Shown: positions 1 through 12,659, counted from the stretch's first letter. The stretch is 64,000 nt of DNA from Rhodospirillales bacterium (GCA_003354135.1 PIVK01000006.1:7743-71742), one strand, 5' to 3'. The notes: generated by a model from the sequence alone, not told the origin. Made by a program: numbers and translations.

Positions 1-156
1 CTGACGGCAAAGGTCTTCGCGGACGTCAAGGGACCGGGCGTCACCTTGGACGAGGTGACCCAGCAGGTGGTCGTCCTGACGAACGAGGCGCGGCGCCGGA
101 TCGAAGCCGAGTTCCCCGCCGCGCTGGCGGCGGATCACGCGCGGGTCGGGGACTGA
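1..156 (+). CDS. 3' end of an unidentified protein-coding gene (partial, enters from outside the window)
   Basis: Frame open from position 1 to TGA at 154-156 (...VVLTNEARRRIEAEFPAALAADHARVGD*). Codon usage resembles neighbouring genes. No family recognised. Confidence 0.35.
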   Translation: MTAKVFADVKGPGVTLDEVTQQVVVLTNEARRRIEAEFPAALAADHARVGD

Positions 157-1551
<1,395 letters not shown>

Positions 1552-1643
1552 CGACAAACTCTCAATCGTACAGCAAGGTGCGGTTCCGAAGGCGCGGAGT
1601 TTAGGGGAAGCCGACGCGGGGGGAAAGACTCTATACTTCCGTC

Positions 1644-1959
1644 ATGACCGAAACCGGCTACCCTGAAATTCCGCTCTTCGAGGCCTGAAATTCCGCTCTT
1701 CGAGGTAGGCAAGGCCGGGCCGATCCTCCTGATCGAGGAGGCGCCGGAGAAGCTGGACGATCTGGTCCGCTCGACCATGGCGCACTGTGGGGAAAGGATC
1801 GTGGCCCTGGGTGACTGGGCTTCGCGCCTCTGGCTGGTCCGCAGCCACAACCCCTACCTGCCCGAGATCGCCACCATCGCCGACCTTGCCGCCCCCGAAG
1901 TCGGCGGCAACCGGGGTCTTCTTTCTCTCTCTTCTCTAATTCCTCCCGATGTCTGCTAA
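1644..1959 (+). pseudogene. small ORF disrupted by a 22-bp tandem duplication; 3' end probably also truncated
   Basis: ATG 1644 reads MTETGYPEIPLFEA then TGA. Removing one copy of the 22-bp repeat puts it in frame with ORF 1777..1959, giving MTETGYPEIPLFEVGKAGPILLIEEAPEKLDDLVRSTMAHCGERIVALGDW... The tail runs into AT-rich sequence next to the kinase gene. Confidence 0.45.
1662..1705 (+). repeat. perfect 22-bp tandem duplication (cctgaaattccgctcttcgagg x2)
   Basis: Copies at 1662-1683 and 1684-1705 are identical on direct reading. Confidence 0.95.
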
Positions 1960-1996
1960 TGACCCTACGCAGACGGTTAGGAGAGAATCTAATTTC

Positions 1997-4900
1997 TCAC
2001 AAGCTCCTAATATGCGCGAAAACTTCCTCGCAAATAGGTGCTAATTTTGGATGTAGCTGTTCCACTTCGTGCCAATTTTTCGCTTTACCGGCGTCTTCCA
2101 AAGCTGCACATATGTCCGCTAAACTGTGAGCACCAACGGCACGTGCCGATGATTTTAGCTTGTGTGCCGCCGCGCCGAGATCGGTGGGCTGTTTGGCATT
2201 ATACGCGGTATCGATTTCGCCCTGAATGTCCTGCGCCGGGGCGGCGAAATCCTTCAAAATGCCATTGATCAAGTCGTCGTCGTCACCGAACGATTCGCGC
2301 AGATACGTGGTGTCGACCACCTGTTCCGCATCGTCGCCGTCCGTGTCTTGGGTATCCTCCGGTATTTCGTGTGCCTTGCCGTCACCGGCGACCGACATCC
2401 ATTTCGTCAGAGCCCGCTTCAACTTGGACATTTCCAATGGCTTGGACAAGTAATCGTCCATGCCTGCGGCCAGACACCGGTCGGCCTCGCCCTGTAGCGC
2501 GTTGGCGGTGATGGCGACAATAGGGATGTGATCGGTACCACCCGCCTTGTCTTCCAGTTTGCGGATCTCACCGGTCATCTCATAACCGTCCATGTTGGGC
2601 ATGTGGCAGTCCGTCAGAACCAGAGCGTAGCGCCCGGATTTCCATCCTTCCAGCCCCAAAGCGCCGTCGTCAAAGGCTTCACAGGCATAACCCAGCGAAT
2701 TCAATTGACGTTTGATGACGTCCTGGTTGGTGGGGTTGTCTTCGGCGATCATGATCAAGCGGCCCTGGGCGGCAGCCTCGTCGGGTGACGGCGCGCGCAC
2801 CCGTCCAGACGTCATCTGTTTGTAGGCGGAGTCTACGTCGGGGCTGGCCCGACCGCTGGCGATGCCAAGTGCGCGATAGAAGCTGGAACGGTTCATGGGT
2901 TGAGCGTCGACCACCACCATGTCCGGCTGCACCAGCCCCTTCTTGGCCTTGCGGTCGGAGAGAACGACAACGTATCGCAGATGTTTAGCGTTCTCGTTTT
3001 TCCGCATTAACTTGATGATTTTATTGACGGCGGTGCGGTCCTGATCGGGCCCGAACACCACAATGTCGAAGGACCGGCCTTCACCTTGGGCAGTGGTCAC
3101 GGTTTCTTCGATGGCGGACAGGTCGCTGCCGATATCGTAGGTTCCGTCGCGCCCGGTAATGTAGGGCGGGATGTGGTCCTGGAACAGGGGATCGGTGCTG
3201 ATCAGCAGGATATGGAGACCCTCCAAGCTGGGTTCGTCCATGGGTGGGGGGTAGTTGAAGTTAACCACAAAGGTCAGCGTCACGGTGAAAGTTGATCCTT
3301 CGTCCTTGATGCTCGTGACCCCAATCTCACCGTCCATAATGTCGATGAGGTTCTTGGAAACTGACAACCCCAGACCGGTTCCGCCAAACCTCCGGGTGGT
3401 AGAGCTTTCCGCCTGAGTAAACGGTTTGAACAAAGTGGTCATTGCGCTTTTGGACATGCCGATGCCGTTGTCGATGATCGAGAACTTTACCGTCGCAGTG
3501 CCGTTTTCGACCGTTCCGATAAGGTCTGCGCGCAGCAGCACAACACCTTGATGGTCATTGGTGGTTTCGGTGAACTTCACTGCGTTGCCCAGCAGATTGA
3601 ACAGGATCTGGCGCAGGCGAACTTGATCGCTCATCACCCAGTGCGGAATCGCAGGATCGATGAAGTTGACGAACCGAAGTTTCTTGGCGTTGGCGTTGGG
3701 GATCAGGGTCTCCGATACGCCCTCAACCACGTCGCGGATGGAAATCGACACCGATTCCACTTCCAGCTTGCCGGCCTCGATCTTCGAGAAGTCGAGAATG
3801 TCGTTGATGATCTGCAGCAGGGAGAAGGCGCTGTCGCGCACGGTGTTCATCATCTGGCGCTGTTCGGAATCTAGGCGGGTTTCACGCAGCAGGTCGATCA
3901 TCCCCACCACGCCGTTCATCGGGGTGCGAATCTCGTGGCTCATGGCGGCGAGGAAAGACGATTTTGCGCGGGTTCCGCTTTCTGCGGTGTCCTTGGCGTC
4001 TTTCAGTTCTTCAGCAAGACTGACAAGGGTCTGCTGAGACTTTCTCATTAATAAGGCAAGAAAAATGAGCCCTGCTGCGAACGCCACACCAATAGGCACC
4101 AAAACTCCGGCCCATGCCCGCGCTGTGGAAATGTCATCCAAGCGTGCTTCCTGTGCTATATTCAACAGACGATCTGTCTCCAGGGCAAATGCCACCATAG
4201 ATCGACCTGTTTCTGCAGCTTTTTGGGAAACGTCTACGACATGAGTAAAGTTTCTCAGGTAGGCCTGGATACTGGGCAACACACCTTTGAAGATCGATTT
4301 CTCGTCTTCTTCAATCAGCAAATTTTGAATTTCGATTGAACGACCGATGACCTCTCCTAGGAGAGATTTGACCCGCAGAGAATGAAATTTACGTTCCTCG
4401 TCCGTCCGGGCAAGAGAGAAATCACGATCACTTTGTCTGGCGTCGCTGACACCGATCAGGATTTGGTCGACTTCTTCAGACAACGCTAGGCGCCGTGCCA
4501 TCAATTCCTGAGTATCGGCGACTTTTCGTTGGATTTCGGAAAGAACGGACCGTTCATTGCTACGCAAGGCAAATGCAGTGTCGCGCATAGCAAAAGCGGT
4601 GTGGTCCAAGTTGATCGCCTCTTGGGAGTCTAGTGAAATTTTGCGTTTGTTGGCGACAGCCTGTTCTAGGGCACCTAAAGCCGCAAGATAGGCATCTTTC
4701 TCTTTGTCGATCTTTTCGAGCAGATCGATACTTCGTGGATTGCGAATGCGGCGTTTGAGCTCACTTACAGTATCTGTGAGTTTAGAAATTCCGCTGCGGG
4801 CTATCTCCAATTCCCGAAATTTATGGGATACCAGGAAGTTCTTTTCATTTTCACGTGCTTGTTCAGCGAAAATCACAATTTCATAAGAGTTAGCTGCGTT

Positions 4901-5461
4901 CTCAGATATATCCTCCATCTGGTAGCGAAACTTCCGCACAGATTTTGTGTCAAGACGAACGTACTTTTCTTGAATGCGCTGTAGGCCGATAGCTTTGTCG
5001 GATGCCTGAACGGCTGCGGTTACCATGCCATTACGCGCAACTTTCGTTTGGAGACGAAGATCAACGAACTTTTCAAATCTATTTTGGTACGCACGAACGG
5101 CTTCAATCACTTCACGCAACCGTTCTTTGCGCCCTTCGTCGGCAACAGAACCCTCCAATGCCATAGCCTTATTCAGCGTTTCCTGAGTAAGGAGGTTTGC
5201 AGATTTCACCACTTCCATATTTTCATCGCGTGTGAAAATTAACTCGTAAAGCCGAGCATTATCCATCAGTTTGACTAGATCTCCAGTTTCTGAGAACCGG
5301 TCAATAGACCTCGACTGTCCGGACAAGACAAACCACCCAGCCAAACCAACACAAAGCAACAAAACTATCACGGATCCGAACCCAACCACCAAAAATTGGC
5401 TTTTGACAATTGGATCGCGATTGGAACTGTTGAATATGGAGGCAAAACCATTCAACCCCAT
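1997..5461 (-). CDS. hybrid sensor histidine kinase / response regulator with C-terminal HPt domain
   Basis: 1154 aa. Two TM segments flank a ~400-aa coiled-coil-rich sensor region. H-box [10 protein letters not shown], HATPase_c boxes ([14 protein letters not shown]), a pseudo-receiver, a receiver ([11 protein letters not shown]...SKP) and HPt ([12 protein letters not shown]) follow. Confidence 0.9.
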   Translation of the reverse strand: MGLNGFASIFNSSNRDPIVKSQFLVVGFGSVIVLLLCVGLAGWFVLSGQSRSIDRFSETGDLVKLMDNARLYELIFTRDENMEVVKSANLLTQETLNKAMALEGSVADEGRKERLREVIEAVRAYQNRFEKFVDLRLQTKVARNGMVTAAVQASDKAIGLQRIQEKYVRLDTKSVRKFRYQMEDISENAANSYEIVIFAEQARENEKNFLVSHKFRELEIARSGISKLTDTVSELKRRIRNPRSIDLLEKIDKEKDAYLAALGALEQAVANKRKISLDSQEAINLDHTAFAMRDTAFALRSNERSVLSEIQRKVADTQELMARRLALSEEVDQILIGVSDARQSDRDFSLARTDEERKFHSLRVKSLLGEVIGRSIEIQNLLIEEDEKSIFKGVLPSIQAYLRNFTHVVDVSQKAAETGRSMVAFALETDRLLNIAQEARLDDISTARAWAGVLVPIGVAFAAGLIFLALLMRKSQQTLVSLAEELKDAKDTAESGTRAKSSFLAAMSHEIRTPMNGVVGMIDLLRETRLDSEQRQMMNTVRDSAFSLLQIINDILDFSKIEAGKLEVESVSISIRDVVEGVSETLIPNANAKKLRFVNFIDPAIPHWVMSDQVRLRQILFNLLGNAVKFTETTNDHQGVVLLRADLIGTVENGTATVKFSIIDNGIGMSKSAMTTLFKPFTQAESSTTRRFGGTGLGLSVSKNLIDIMDGEIGVTSIKDEGSTFTVTLTFVVNFNYPPPMDEPSLEGLHILLISTDPLFQDHIPPYITGRDGTYDIGSDLSAIEETVTTAQGEGRSFDIVVFGPDQDRTAVNKIIKLMRKNENAKHLRYVVVLSDRKAKKGLVQPDMVVVDAQPMNRSSFYRALGIASGRASPDVDSAYKQMTSGRVRAPSPDEAAAQGRLIMIAEDNPTNQDVIKRQLNSLGYACEAFDDGALGLEGWKSGRYALVLTDCHMPNMDGYEMTGEIRKLEDKAGGTDHIPIVAITANALQGEADRCLAAGMDDYLSKPLEMSKLKRALTKWMSVAGDGKAHEIPEDTQDTDGDDAEQVVDTTYLRESFGDDDDLINGILKDFAAPAQDIQGEIDTAYNAKQPTDLGAAAHKLKSSARAVGAHSLADICAALEDAGKAKNWHEVEQLHPKLAPICEEVFAHIRSL

Positions 5462-5531
5462 TTCGAACTCCTCTCATAAATTTTGTTGCCAGTGTAGATA
5501 TGATGGGTGTCATTACAAGTACAAGGTCATA

Positions 5532-6776
5532 CTAATCCCTCCGGTAGAGTCCGTACCAGACGAAAGCGACTACCTGCAACAGCGTCGTCACGGCAAAGGC
5601 CGCCTGGTAACCCTCGGGGGCGTAGCCGCCCATAGGCGTCTTCGGCCAGAGGTCGATGATGCCGCCGATGGCCCACTGCCCGGCGAAGGCGAAGGTAAAG
5701 ACCATCATGTTGAGCCCTGTGTTGACGCGGCCCGCCAGATTCCTGGGGAACCGACCCGAGAGGATGGCGTAGGGGACGACGCCGGCGGAGCCGAAAAACC
5801 CGAAAGCCACGGCGAGGAGCAGAACCGAGGGAATCCATCCCACCACCATCATCGCCTGGACGCCGAGGAATACCCCCATGCTGAGGAGCGCCACGGTGAT
5901 CGGCTTCAACCCTATCCGCTCGGCCCGCGTCGTCAGCCAGCCGATGACGACGAACCCCGCCACCATGGCCGCAGCGATGATCAAGAGGTGGCTCGCCACG
6001 CCTGCCCGGTCGAGCCCCGCCACGTCCTTGAGCCAGGGGCCTGTCCACAGGCTCTGAATGGCGAGGAAGGCGGCTTGGGAAAAAACGGTGATGGGGGCGA
6101 TGCGCCAGAATACGGGACTGGTGAAAATTTCGCCGACACCGCGCAGTTGGCGGGCGAGTGTCTGCCCGTCCCCTCCCTCCCCCCGTCGGGGAACCACCAC
6201 GAAGACCAAGGCCGCGATGACGAGAGAGAGGAGCCCGAGCCCGAAGAACAGGCCCCGCCAGTCGATGACGCCCAGCAGAATCTCGACCGGGGCCGTAGCG
6301 GAGAGCGCGCCCAGCCCCCCCGCCGCCATCTGCAGCCCGTTGATGAAGGGCAGGCGGTCCGGCGGGAACCAATAGACATAGGCCCTGAAAGCCGCCATCA
6401 AGCACGCCGACACGCCGAGTCCGATGAGTGCCCGCCCCACCACCAGGCCGGCTGTTCCTTCCGCCGCCCCATAGACAACGGCCCCGACGGCGGCAAACAG
6501 GAGCAGGGAGGCCTCGACCCGACGCGACCCGAAACGGTCGAGCAAAACGCCCAAGGGAATCTGAAAGGCGGCGAAGGTCAGAAAATAGGCACTGGTCACC
6601 AGTCCCAGGTCGGCGCCCCCCAGCCCCAGGTCGGCCACAAGATCCGGCGCAATGACCGCATTGACAGTGCGGAAGAGGTAGGAAATCCAATACCCAAAGG
6701 CAAACGGCAGGAACACCCGGACGACAACAGTCAGGCGTTTTCCGTCTTGTGGTGGTTGATGCGAATGCAAGGTCAT
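5532..6776 (-). CDS. MFS transporter
   Basis: 414 aa, about 12 hydrophobic helices, with an MFS-like loop motif between TM2 and TM3 (LDRFGSRRV). Confidence 0.85.
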   Translation of the reverse strand: MTLHSHQPPQDGKRLTVVVRVFLPFAFGYWISYLFRTVNAVIAPDLVADLGLGGADLGLVTSAYFLTFAAFQIPLGVLLDRFGSRRVEASLLLFAAVGAVVYGAAEGTAGLVVGRALIGLGVSACLMAAFRAYVYWFPPDRLPFINGLQMAAGGLGALSATAPVEILLGVIDWRGLFFGLGLLSLVIAALVFVVVPRRGEGGDGQTLARQLRGVGEIFTSPVFWRIAPITVFSQAAFLAIQSLWTGPWLKDVAGLDRAGVASHLLIIAAAMVAGFVVIGWLTTRAERIGLKPITVALLSMGVFLGVQAMMVVGWIPSVLLLAVAFGFFGSAGVVPYAILSGRFPRNLAGRVNTGLNMMVFTFAFAGQWAIGGIIDLWPKTPMGGYAPEGYQAAFAVTTLLQVVAFVWYGLYRRD

Positions 6777-6828
6777 GGCATGAACATCCAGGGTCTATGA
6801 TAGCGCTGATTAGAGGATATGGCGAGAC

Positions 6829-7413
6829 GTGTCCAAACACCGCCACCACACATTTCTGGAACGCACGCAGCGTCAGTTGCATTACAGGCTGGTGATTCCA
6901 TTAAAACGCAGCCACCATTCGCCGGAGCATTCGGCGATGGCCGTGGCCGTCGGGGTGTTCTGGGCCTTCACGCCACTGGTCGGCATCCAGATGTATCTCT
7001 GCCTGATGACCTGGCTGCCGTTCCGGTATTTTCGGCGCCTCAACTTCAACCTCATCATCGCCTGGGCCTGGACCTGGATCAGCAACGTTTTTACCATGCT
7101 GCCCATCTATTATATCTTCTACGTGACCGGGCAGGTCATGCTGGGGCGCTGGGACGACCTGTCGGGGTACGATGGCTTCGTCGGCGCCTGGGACGAGATC
7201 TTCACCACCCACGAGGGGTTCTGGGAATCGCTCGCCGCCTACGCCAAGCTGGTGGCGCTGGAACAGGGCCGGGCGTTGATCATCGGCTGTCTCCCTTACG
7301 CCATCGGCTTCGGCTGGTTAAGCTATGTCTGGTCGCTCAAGTTCGTCCGCCACCGGCGGAGGGAACGCCGCAACCGCCTGCAGCAGAATTCTGAAACTCA
7401 AAAGGGAGTGTGA
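6829..7413 (+). CDS. DUF2062 family membrane protein
   Basis: GTG start with a GAGGA 11 nt upstream. The sequence RSHHSPEHSAMAVAVGVFWAFTPLVGIQMYL is typical of DUF2062. Confidence 0.7.
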   Translation: MSKHRHHTFLERTQRQLHYRLVIPLKRSHHSPEHSAMAVAVGVFWAFTPLVGIQMYLCLMTWLPFRYFRRLNFNLIIAWAWTWISNVFTMLPIYYIFYVTGQVMLGRWDDLSGYDGFVGAWDEIFTTHEGFWESLAAYAKLVALEQGRALIIGCLPYAIGFGWLSYVWSLKFVRHRRRERRNRLQQNSETQKGV

Positions 7414-7418
7414 TTGCC

Positions 7419-8072
7419 ATGCATCTCGTGGTGCGCCTCGTCCTGCCGGCCCTTCTTCTCGCCGTGCTCGCCGCCTGTGGCGACAACGGATCCGGCAACG
7501 TCTACCCCCGGCCGCCGGCGAAAATATCCAACCAGGCGGCCTACGTCTTCTACCTCCACGGCCGCGGGGCCGGCGAAGACGCAGCCCAAGCCCTGGCGGC
7601 AAAGGGTTTCGAGGTCATCGCCCCCCGGCGGACGGCGGAAACGGACCCGGACTTCCACGCCATCGCCGTGAAGGAGTGGCTGCGCGAGTTGCTGGCCCGC
7701 GGGGCCCGCATGGACCACATTGCCCTGGTCGGCACCGGCGAGGGGGGGCGTCTGGCGATGATGGTCTCGGGTCTCACCCAGGTCCCGGCCTCGGCCTTGG
7801 TCGTGCTTGCCGCCTGCCCAAAAACCGGTGCACCCGAGCGACAGGCCTACGAAAGGGTGCTGCGGCTCCATGCGGCGACCATCAAGGGCCGTTTTCTGTC
7901 CGTGGTCGCCGGGAACGACACCGAAACGGGCACCTGCGCCGAAGCATTCGGCAAGGCCAACGGCGCCAACCCCTGGGAGATCGCGCTGCCCGGAATCCCT
8001 AAAGACGCGCCCTTCACCACGTCCGACGAAGCCTGGGTGACCGAGACGGTATCCTGGATTCTGGAGCGTTGA
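7419..8072 (+). CDS. lipoprotein, alpha/beta-hydrolase-like
   Basis: ATG 7419 follows GGGAG. Signal peptide has a lipobox (LLLAVLAAC). The remainder is loosely dienelactone-hydrolase-like. Track start 7410 is GTG. Confidence 0.55.
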   Translation: MHLVVRLVLPALLLAVLAACGDNGSGNVYPRPPAKISNQAAYVFYLHGRGAGEDAAQALAAKGFEVIAPRRTAETDPDFHAIAVKEWLRELLARGARMDHIALVGTGEGGRLAMMVSGLTQVPASALVVLAACPKTGAPERQAYERVLRLHAATIKGRFLSVVAGNDTETGTCAEAFGKANGANPWEIALPGIPKDAPFTTSDEAWVTETVSWILER

Positions 8073-8075
8073 TCC

Positions 8076-9335
8076 ATGGCTCACATGTCGCTTTTCAACA
8101 CTGCGGCCCTCATCCTCACGTTGGCTGCCCTGTTCGGTTATGTGAACCATCGCTGGATCAAGGCACCGCAAACGACCGGGCTGGTGATTGTCGCCCTGCT
8201 GGCCTCGCTCGGCGTCATCGTCTTCGACATCCTGGTGCCGGGGCTGGGGTTGCGCGACGCGGTGGTGGGGGCGGTTGCAGGGATCGACTTCCACGAAGTT
8301 CTGATGAAGGGCATGTTGAGTTTCCTGCTCTTCGCCGGCGCGCTGCACGTGGACCTGGACGAACTCCTGAGCCGCAAGTGGGCCATCGGCTCGATGGCCA
8401 CCCTGGGCGTGCTGCTGTCGACCGCCATCGTTGGTTTCGGGTTCTACGGCCTGAGCAGTTGGCTGGGCCTTCACATCCCGCTCATGTCCTGCCTGGTGTT
8501 CGGGGCACTGATTTCACCCACCGACCCGGTGGCCGTGTTGGGCATCCTGAAGACGGTCGACATCCCGCGCTCGCTTGAGGCCAAGATCGCGGGGGAGAGC
8601 CTGTTTAACGACGGGGTTGGCGTGGTGGTGTTTACGGTGCTGGCCGCCATGGCCTTCGGGGACGGCGGACACGGAGCCATGACCGGGACCGAGATCGCGA
8701 TTCTGTTCCTTCGCGAGACCGTTGGCGGAGCCCTGTTGGGACTCGGCGCGGGGTGGCTCGCATACAGGACCATAAAATCCATCGACGACCACAACCTCGA
8801 AGTCTTGATCACACTGGCGCTGGTCATGGGAGGCTATGCGCTGGCGTTCGCGCTCCATGTTTCGGGCCCCATCGCGGTCGTGGTGGCCGGACTGCTGATC
8901 GGCAATCACGGCACCCGATTCGCAATGACGGGAAAAACGCGGGATCACATGCACAAGTTCTGGTCCCTTCTGGACGAGATTCTCAATGCCGCGCTGTTTC
9001 TGTTGATCGGTTTCGAGGTCATAACACTGAACGTCACCGGCGGAACCATCCTCGCGGCGGCACTCGCCATCCCGTTGGTGCTGGGCGCCCGCTTCATCAG
9101 CGTGTCGACACCCATCATGCTTTTGGGGCTCAAACGCACTTTCACCAGGGGCGCCATTCCCGTTCTGACGTGGGGCGGCCTGAGAGGCGGTATTTCGGTG
9201 GCGCTGGTGCTGTCCCTGCCGAATGTTCCGGACAAGCAGGCACTGCTGAGCGTCACCTATGCGGTGGTGGTGTTTTCTATCGTCGCCCAGGGACTGACCG
9301 TGAAACAGGTCATCCGGGCAACGGTGAAGAAATAG
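8076..9335 (+). CDS. Na+/H+ antiporter (CPA1, NhaP-type)
   Basis: 419 aa polytopic membrane protein. Motifs FGALISPTDPVAV and ESLFNDG are characteristic of CPA1 exchangers. Confidence 0.85.
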   Translation: MAHMSLFNTAALILTLAALFGYVNHRWIKAPQTTGLVIVALLASLGVIVFDILVPGLGLRDAVVGAVAGIDFHEVLMKGMLSFLLFAGALHVDLDELLSRKWAIGSMATLGVLLSTAIVGFGFYGLSSWLGLHIPLMSCLVFGALISPTDPVAVLGILKTVDIPRSLEAKIAGESLFNDGVGVVVFTVLAAMAFGDGGHGAMTGTEIAILFLRETVGGALLGLGAGWLAYRTIKSIDDHNLEVLITLALVMGGYALAFALHVSGPIAVVVAGLLIGNHGTRFAMTGKTRDHMHKFWSLLDEILNAALFLLIGFEVITLNVTGGTILAAALAIPLVLGARFISVSTPIMLLGLKRTFTRGAIPVLTWGGLRGGISVALVLSLPNVPDKQALLSVTYAVVVFSIVAQGLTVKQVIRATVKK

Positions 9336-9344
9336 ACCGGGAGC

Positions 9345-10046
9345 TTAAAACAATCCCAAGCTTTTGAACGAGGCGGAGCCCGACCGGCCGACGACCACAT
9401 GGTCATGCAGGCTGATCCCCAAGGCCTCCGCCGCCGCCTGCACTTCCCGGGTCATCTCGATGTCGGCACGGGACGGCTCGGGATCGCCGGAGGGGTGGTT
9501 GTGAACCAGGATCAGTGCCGTAGCCCCGAGTTCCAATGCCCGTTTAACCACCTCGCGCGGATAGACGGGCGTGTGATCGACGGTGCCCTTCTGCTGCACC
9601 TCGTCGGCAATGATCGCGTTCTTCCTATCGAGGAACAGGACGCGGAATCGTTCCGTATCGTCATAGGCCATGGCGGCACGACAGTAGGAAACCACGGCTT
9701 CCCAACTGCCGAAAACCGGCTTTGTCCCCACATCCTCGCGGGCTAGCCTCAGCCCCGCCTGGCGGGCCGCCCTTAGGAGCACCACCGTGCTCTCTTTGAC
9801 CCCTTCGATCTCCATCAGCCGTTCCGGGGCCGCCGACAGGACGGCCGCCAACGTGCCAAAACGGTCGATCAGCGCCTTGGCCAACGGTTTCACGTCGCGA
9901 CGTGAAATGGCATAGAACAGAAGCAGTTCCAGAATCTCGTAATCCGGAAGCGAGTCTCCGCCCTCGCCTAGGAAGCGCGACTTCAGCCGTTGCCGATGTC
10001 CGTGATAATGGGGTTTGGGATTCCGTTTCTCTCCCGCCCCAGCCAT
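9345..10046 (-). CDS. radC: RadC-family JAB/MPN domain protein
   Basis: JAMM motif [17 protein letters not shown] and the N-terminal HhH-like region typical of RadC. Confidence 0.9.
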   Translation of the reverse strand: MAGAGEKRNPKPHYHGHRQRLKSRFLGEGGDSLPDYEILELLLFYAISRRDVKPLAKALIDRFGTLAAVLSAAPERLMEIEGVKESTVVLLRAARQAGLRLAREDVGTKPVFGSWEAVVSYCRAAMAYDDTERFRVLFLDRKNAIIADEVQQKGTVDHTPVYPREVVKRALELGATALILVHNHPSGDPEPSRADIEMTREVQAAAEALGISLHDHVVVGRSGSASFKSLGLF

Positions 10047-10048
10047 GA

Positions 10049-10870
10049 TCAGCTCCGATACGGCGGCCGGTCGAGGCCGGCAGGCGACAGGGTGAACACT
10101 TCACAGCCGTCGGCGGTGACGCCGATGGAATGCTCGAACTGGGCCGATAGCTTGCGGTCCTTGGTCACCGCCGTCCAGCCGTCGGCCAGGACCTTCACCT
10201 CGTGGCGCCCGGCGTTGATCATGGGTTCGATGGTGAAGAACATGCCCTCGCGCAGACTCAGCCCCTCCCCCGGATTGCCGAAGTGCATGACGTTAGGGGC
10301 GTCGTGAAACACCCGGCCCAATCCATGGCCACAGAAATCGCGCACAACGGAAAAGCGGTGCTTTTCGGCATATTCCTGGATGGCGTGCCCAATGTCCCCC
10401 AACGTGTTGCCTGGCTTGACCGCTTTGATCCCCCGCCACATGGCATCGAAAGTCACATCCACCAGACGCTCGGCCTGGCGTTTTACCTTGCCGACAAAAA
10501 ACATGCGGCTGGTATCCCCAAACCAGCCGTCCAAAACCGCCGTAACGTCGATGTTTATGATGTCCCCGTCTTCCAGCGTCTTGTCTCCGGGAATACCGTG
10601 GCAGACCACGTGGTTGACCGAGGTGCAGGAGGACTTCGGGAAACCGCGGTAGTCGAGCGGAGCCGGCACCGCCCCATGCTCGACGATAAACTTGTGACAG
10701 AGATCGTCCAGCGCGCCGGTCGTCACTCCGGGCATCACCTGCGGAGCAATGTAGTCGAGCGTCTCCGCCGCCAGGCGTCCAGCACGGCGCATGCCTTCGA
10801 AGTCCTCGGGCGCATAGATGACAATGCGCCGGCTGTTGATCATAATATGATCCGTATCCATGTCGTTCAT
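10049..10870 (-). CDS. map: type I methionine aminopeptidase
   Basis: ATG at 10870 ([19 protein letters not shown]...). Full-length MetAP-I similarity ([33 protein letters not shown]). The longer track ORF runs into the upstream REP-like element. Confidence 0.9.
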   Translation of the reverse strand: MNDMDTDHIMINSRRIVIYAPEDFEGMRRAGRLAAETLDYIAPQVMPGVTTGALDDLCHKFIVEHGAVPAPLDYRGFPKSSCTSVNHVVCHGIPGDKTLEDGDIINIDVTAVLDGWFGDTSRMFFVGKVKRQAERLVDVTFDAMWRGIKAVKPGNTLGDIGHAIQEYAEKHRFSVVRDFCGHGLGRVFHDAPNVMHFGNPGEGLSLREGMFFTIEPMINAGRHEVKVLADGWTAVTKDRKLSAQFEHSIGVTADGCEVFTLSPAGLDRPPYRS

Positions 10871-10904
10871 GGTCGCGTCACGTTGTAAGGGTTCGAGACA
10901 AAAT

Positions 10905-10976
10905 AACCACTCCGCCCTGCTTGTCTTTATTGTCCGTCCGCCGCGTTGCGGACGAACAAAAATCCGGCGCAATCCG
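10905..10976 (-). repeat. REP-like intergenic hairpin element, single-unit copy
   Basis: Reverse-complement match to both ends of 43298..43437. Contains the hairpin GTCCGC-cgcgtt-GCGGAC. Lies between the sfsA stop and the map start. Confidence 0.85.
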
Positions 10977-11000
10977 TGTCTCGAATCCTAAGCGAACGGC

Positions 11001-11711
11001 CTACAGAGTCAAGGGCAGGGGCGCATCCACCTCGATCGATTGCGCCGAGACCCGACAGATATAGCACAAGGTCTCGACCCCGGCCGCCCGCGCCGTCCCA
11101 AAGGCCCGGCCATACGTCGGATCGATATCGGCGGCAATGGAGAAACAGGTGCAGTCCGGCCTCTGAACCAGATAGAGCATCACGCCCCGGTGTCCCTGGC
11201 GGACCATTTCCGAGAGTTCGGCCAAATGCTTGGTCCCACGCGCCGTCACCGCGTCGGGGAACTCGGCCAGGCCGTCCGGGCCGGGATCGCGTCTGAGGGT
11301 CACGTTCTTCACTTCGACATAACATGCGGGCAGTCCGCCGCCTTCCAGCAACAGATCGATGCGGGAGTTCCTGCCGTACTTCACTTCGCGACGAACGGTC
11401 TGGTAGCCCCGCAGTTCGGCAATGGTGCCGTTTGCAACGGCTTCCTCGACCAGACGGTTGGGGTGCTGGGTGTTGATCCCGACCAAAACCCCTCCAATCC
11501 GTATTAGTTCCCAGGTCCATTTGAGTTTCCGGTCGGGATTTCGGGCAGGCGACAGCCAGACCTCGGCCCCCGGCGTTTTGACGTTCAGCATGGAACCGGA
11601 ATTGGCGCAGTGCGCCGTCACCACCTTGCCGCCACCCAAATCCACGTCGGCAAGGAACCGTTTGTAGCGTTTGACAAGGGTGCCCTGCACCAAGGGGACG
11701 GAGAATTCCAT
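11001..11711 (-). CDS. sfsA: sugar fermentation stimulation protein / DNA-binding nuclease-like SfsA
   Basis: ATG 11711 gives MEFSVPLVQGTLVKRYKRFLADV, the canonical SfsA N-terminus. Similarity is full length. Confidence 0.9.
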   Translation of the reverse strand: MEFSVPLVQGTLVKRYKRFLADVDLGGGKVVTAHCANSGSMLNVKTPGAEVWLSPARNPDRKLKWTWELIRIGGVLVGINTQHPNRLVEEAVANGTIAELRGYQTVRREVKYGRNSRIDLLLEGGGLPACYVEVKNVTLRRDPGPDGLAEFPDAVTARGTKHLAELSEMVRQGHRGVMLYLVQRPDCTCFSIAADIDPTYGRAFGTARAAGVETLCYICRVSAQSIEVDAPLPLTL

Positions 11712-11783
11712 GATCCGGTTCCTACACCGGGCCACCGGGCAGATGCAAGGAAACAGCCCGATCCGTTGGGAAGATGCGAATGA

Positions 11784-12659
11784 TCAGGATTTGGCCTCGG
11801 CCGGACTGACCTCACCACAGCCGCGTTCCCGCGGCTGCGGCTGGGAGGGATCGGGGGCCCATGCGGTCAGCGTGATGATTTGGAAGGTGGCCGGTATGCG
11901 GCCGTCCTCGTCGCCGAAGAGGGCACGGTAGCGTTCGGCCGCAGCCATCAGGGTCGCGCGACGGGTAGGGCGGCGTCGGCGCTCCGTGACGGCATTGCTT
12001 TCCCCCATGCCCCGGAGATCAGCCATCAGCCGCAACGGATCGGCATAGGACACGGTGAGCGTCTCCATATCGGCCACAGGCAGGGCGAATCCGGCCCGGG
12101 CCAGAAGATCCCCCGCATCCCGCACGTCGGCGAACGGCGATACTCGCGGGCTCACCCCTCCCTCCTCGGCGGTTTCGGCCTCGGAAAAGGCTTGGCGCAG
12201 TTCGGTCAGGGTCTCCCCGCCCAGCATCGTCCCCAGAAAAAGACCGTCCGGTTTCAGGGCTCGGCGAATCTGAACCAGGGCCCCCGGCAGGTCGTTGACC
12301 CAGTGAAGCGAGAGATTGGACAGCACGAGAGCGAGGGTTCCATTTCCGAAAGGCAATGCCTCCTCGTCGGCGGCCACCGCCAGTCCGCCGATCCCGGCCC
12401 GCGCCGCCATGGCCGGGGATAAATCAGCCTGGACCAAGGTTTCAATCCCACCCCGTCCCCGCAAACGGCGCGCCAGGATTCCGTCATGGCAGCCGAGATC
12501 GAGGGCACGCGGAAATTTCCTTTTCACGTCGTCCAGGCGATCGAGCAGGCGCTCCGCCGTCTCCTCGAACAGGAAGCCGCACTCCCCCAGGCGCTTCGCC
12601 GCCCGGCCACGGCGAAGACTTAAGAGACTGCGGTTGAAGACCTCTATGGATTCCGACAT
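11784..12659 (-). CDS. class I SAM-dependent methyltransferase (NDUFAF5/BioC-like)
   Basis: Motif I ALDLGCHDG, and the conserved position next to comF-grxC seen in Alphaproteobacteria. Confidence 0.75.
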   Translation of the reverse strand: MSESIEVFNRSLLSLRRGRAAKRLGECGFLFEETAERLLDRLDDVKRKFPRALDLGCHDGILARRLRGRGGIETLVQADLSPAMAARAGIGGLAVAADEEALPFGNGTLALVLSNLSLHWVNDLPGALVQIRRALKPDGLFLGTMLGGETLTELRQAFSEAETAEEGGVSPRVSPFADVRDAGDLLARAGFALPVADMETLTVSYADPLRLMADLRGMGESNAVTERRRRPTRRATLMAAAERYRALFGDEDGRIPATFQIITLTAWAPDPSQPQPRERGCGEVSPAEAKS

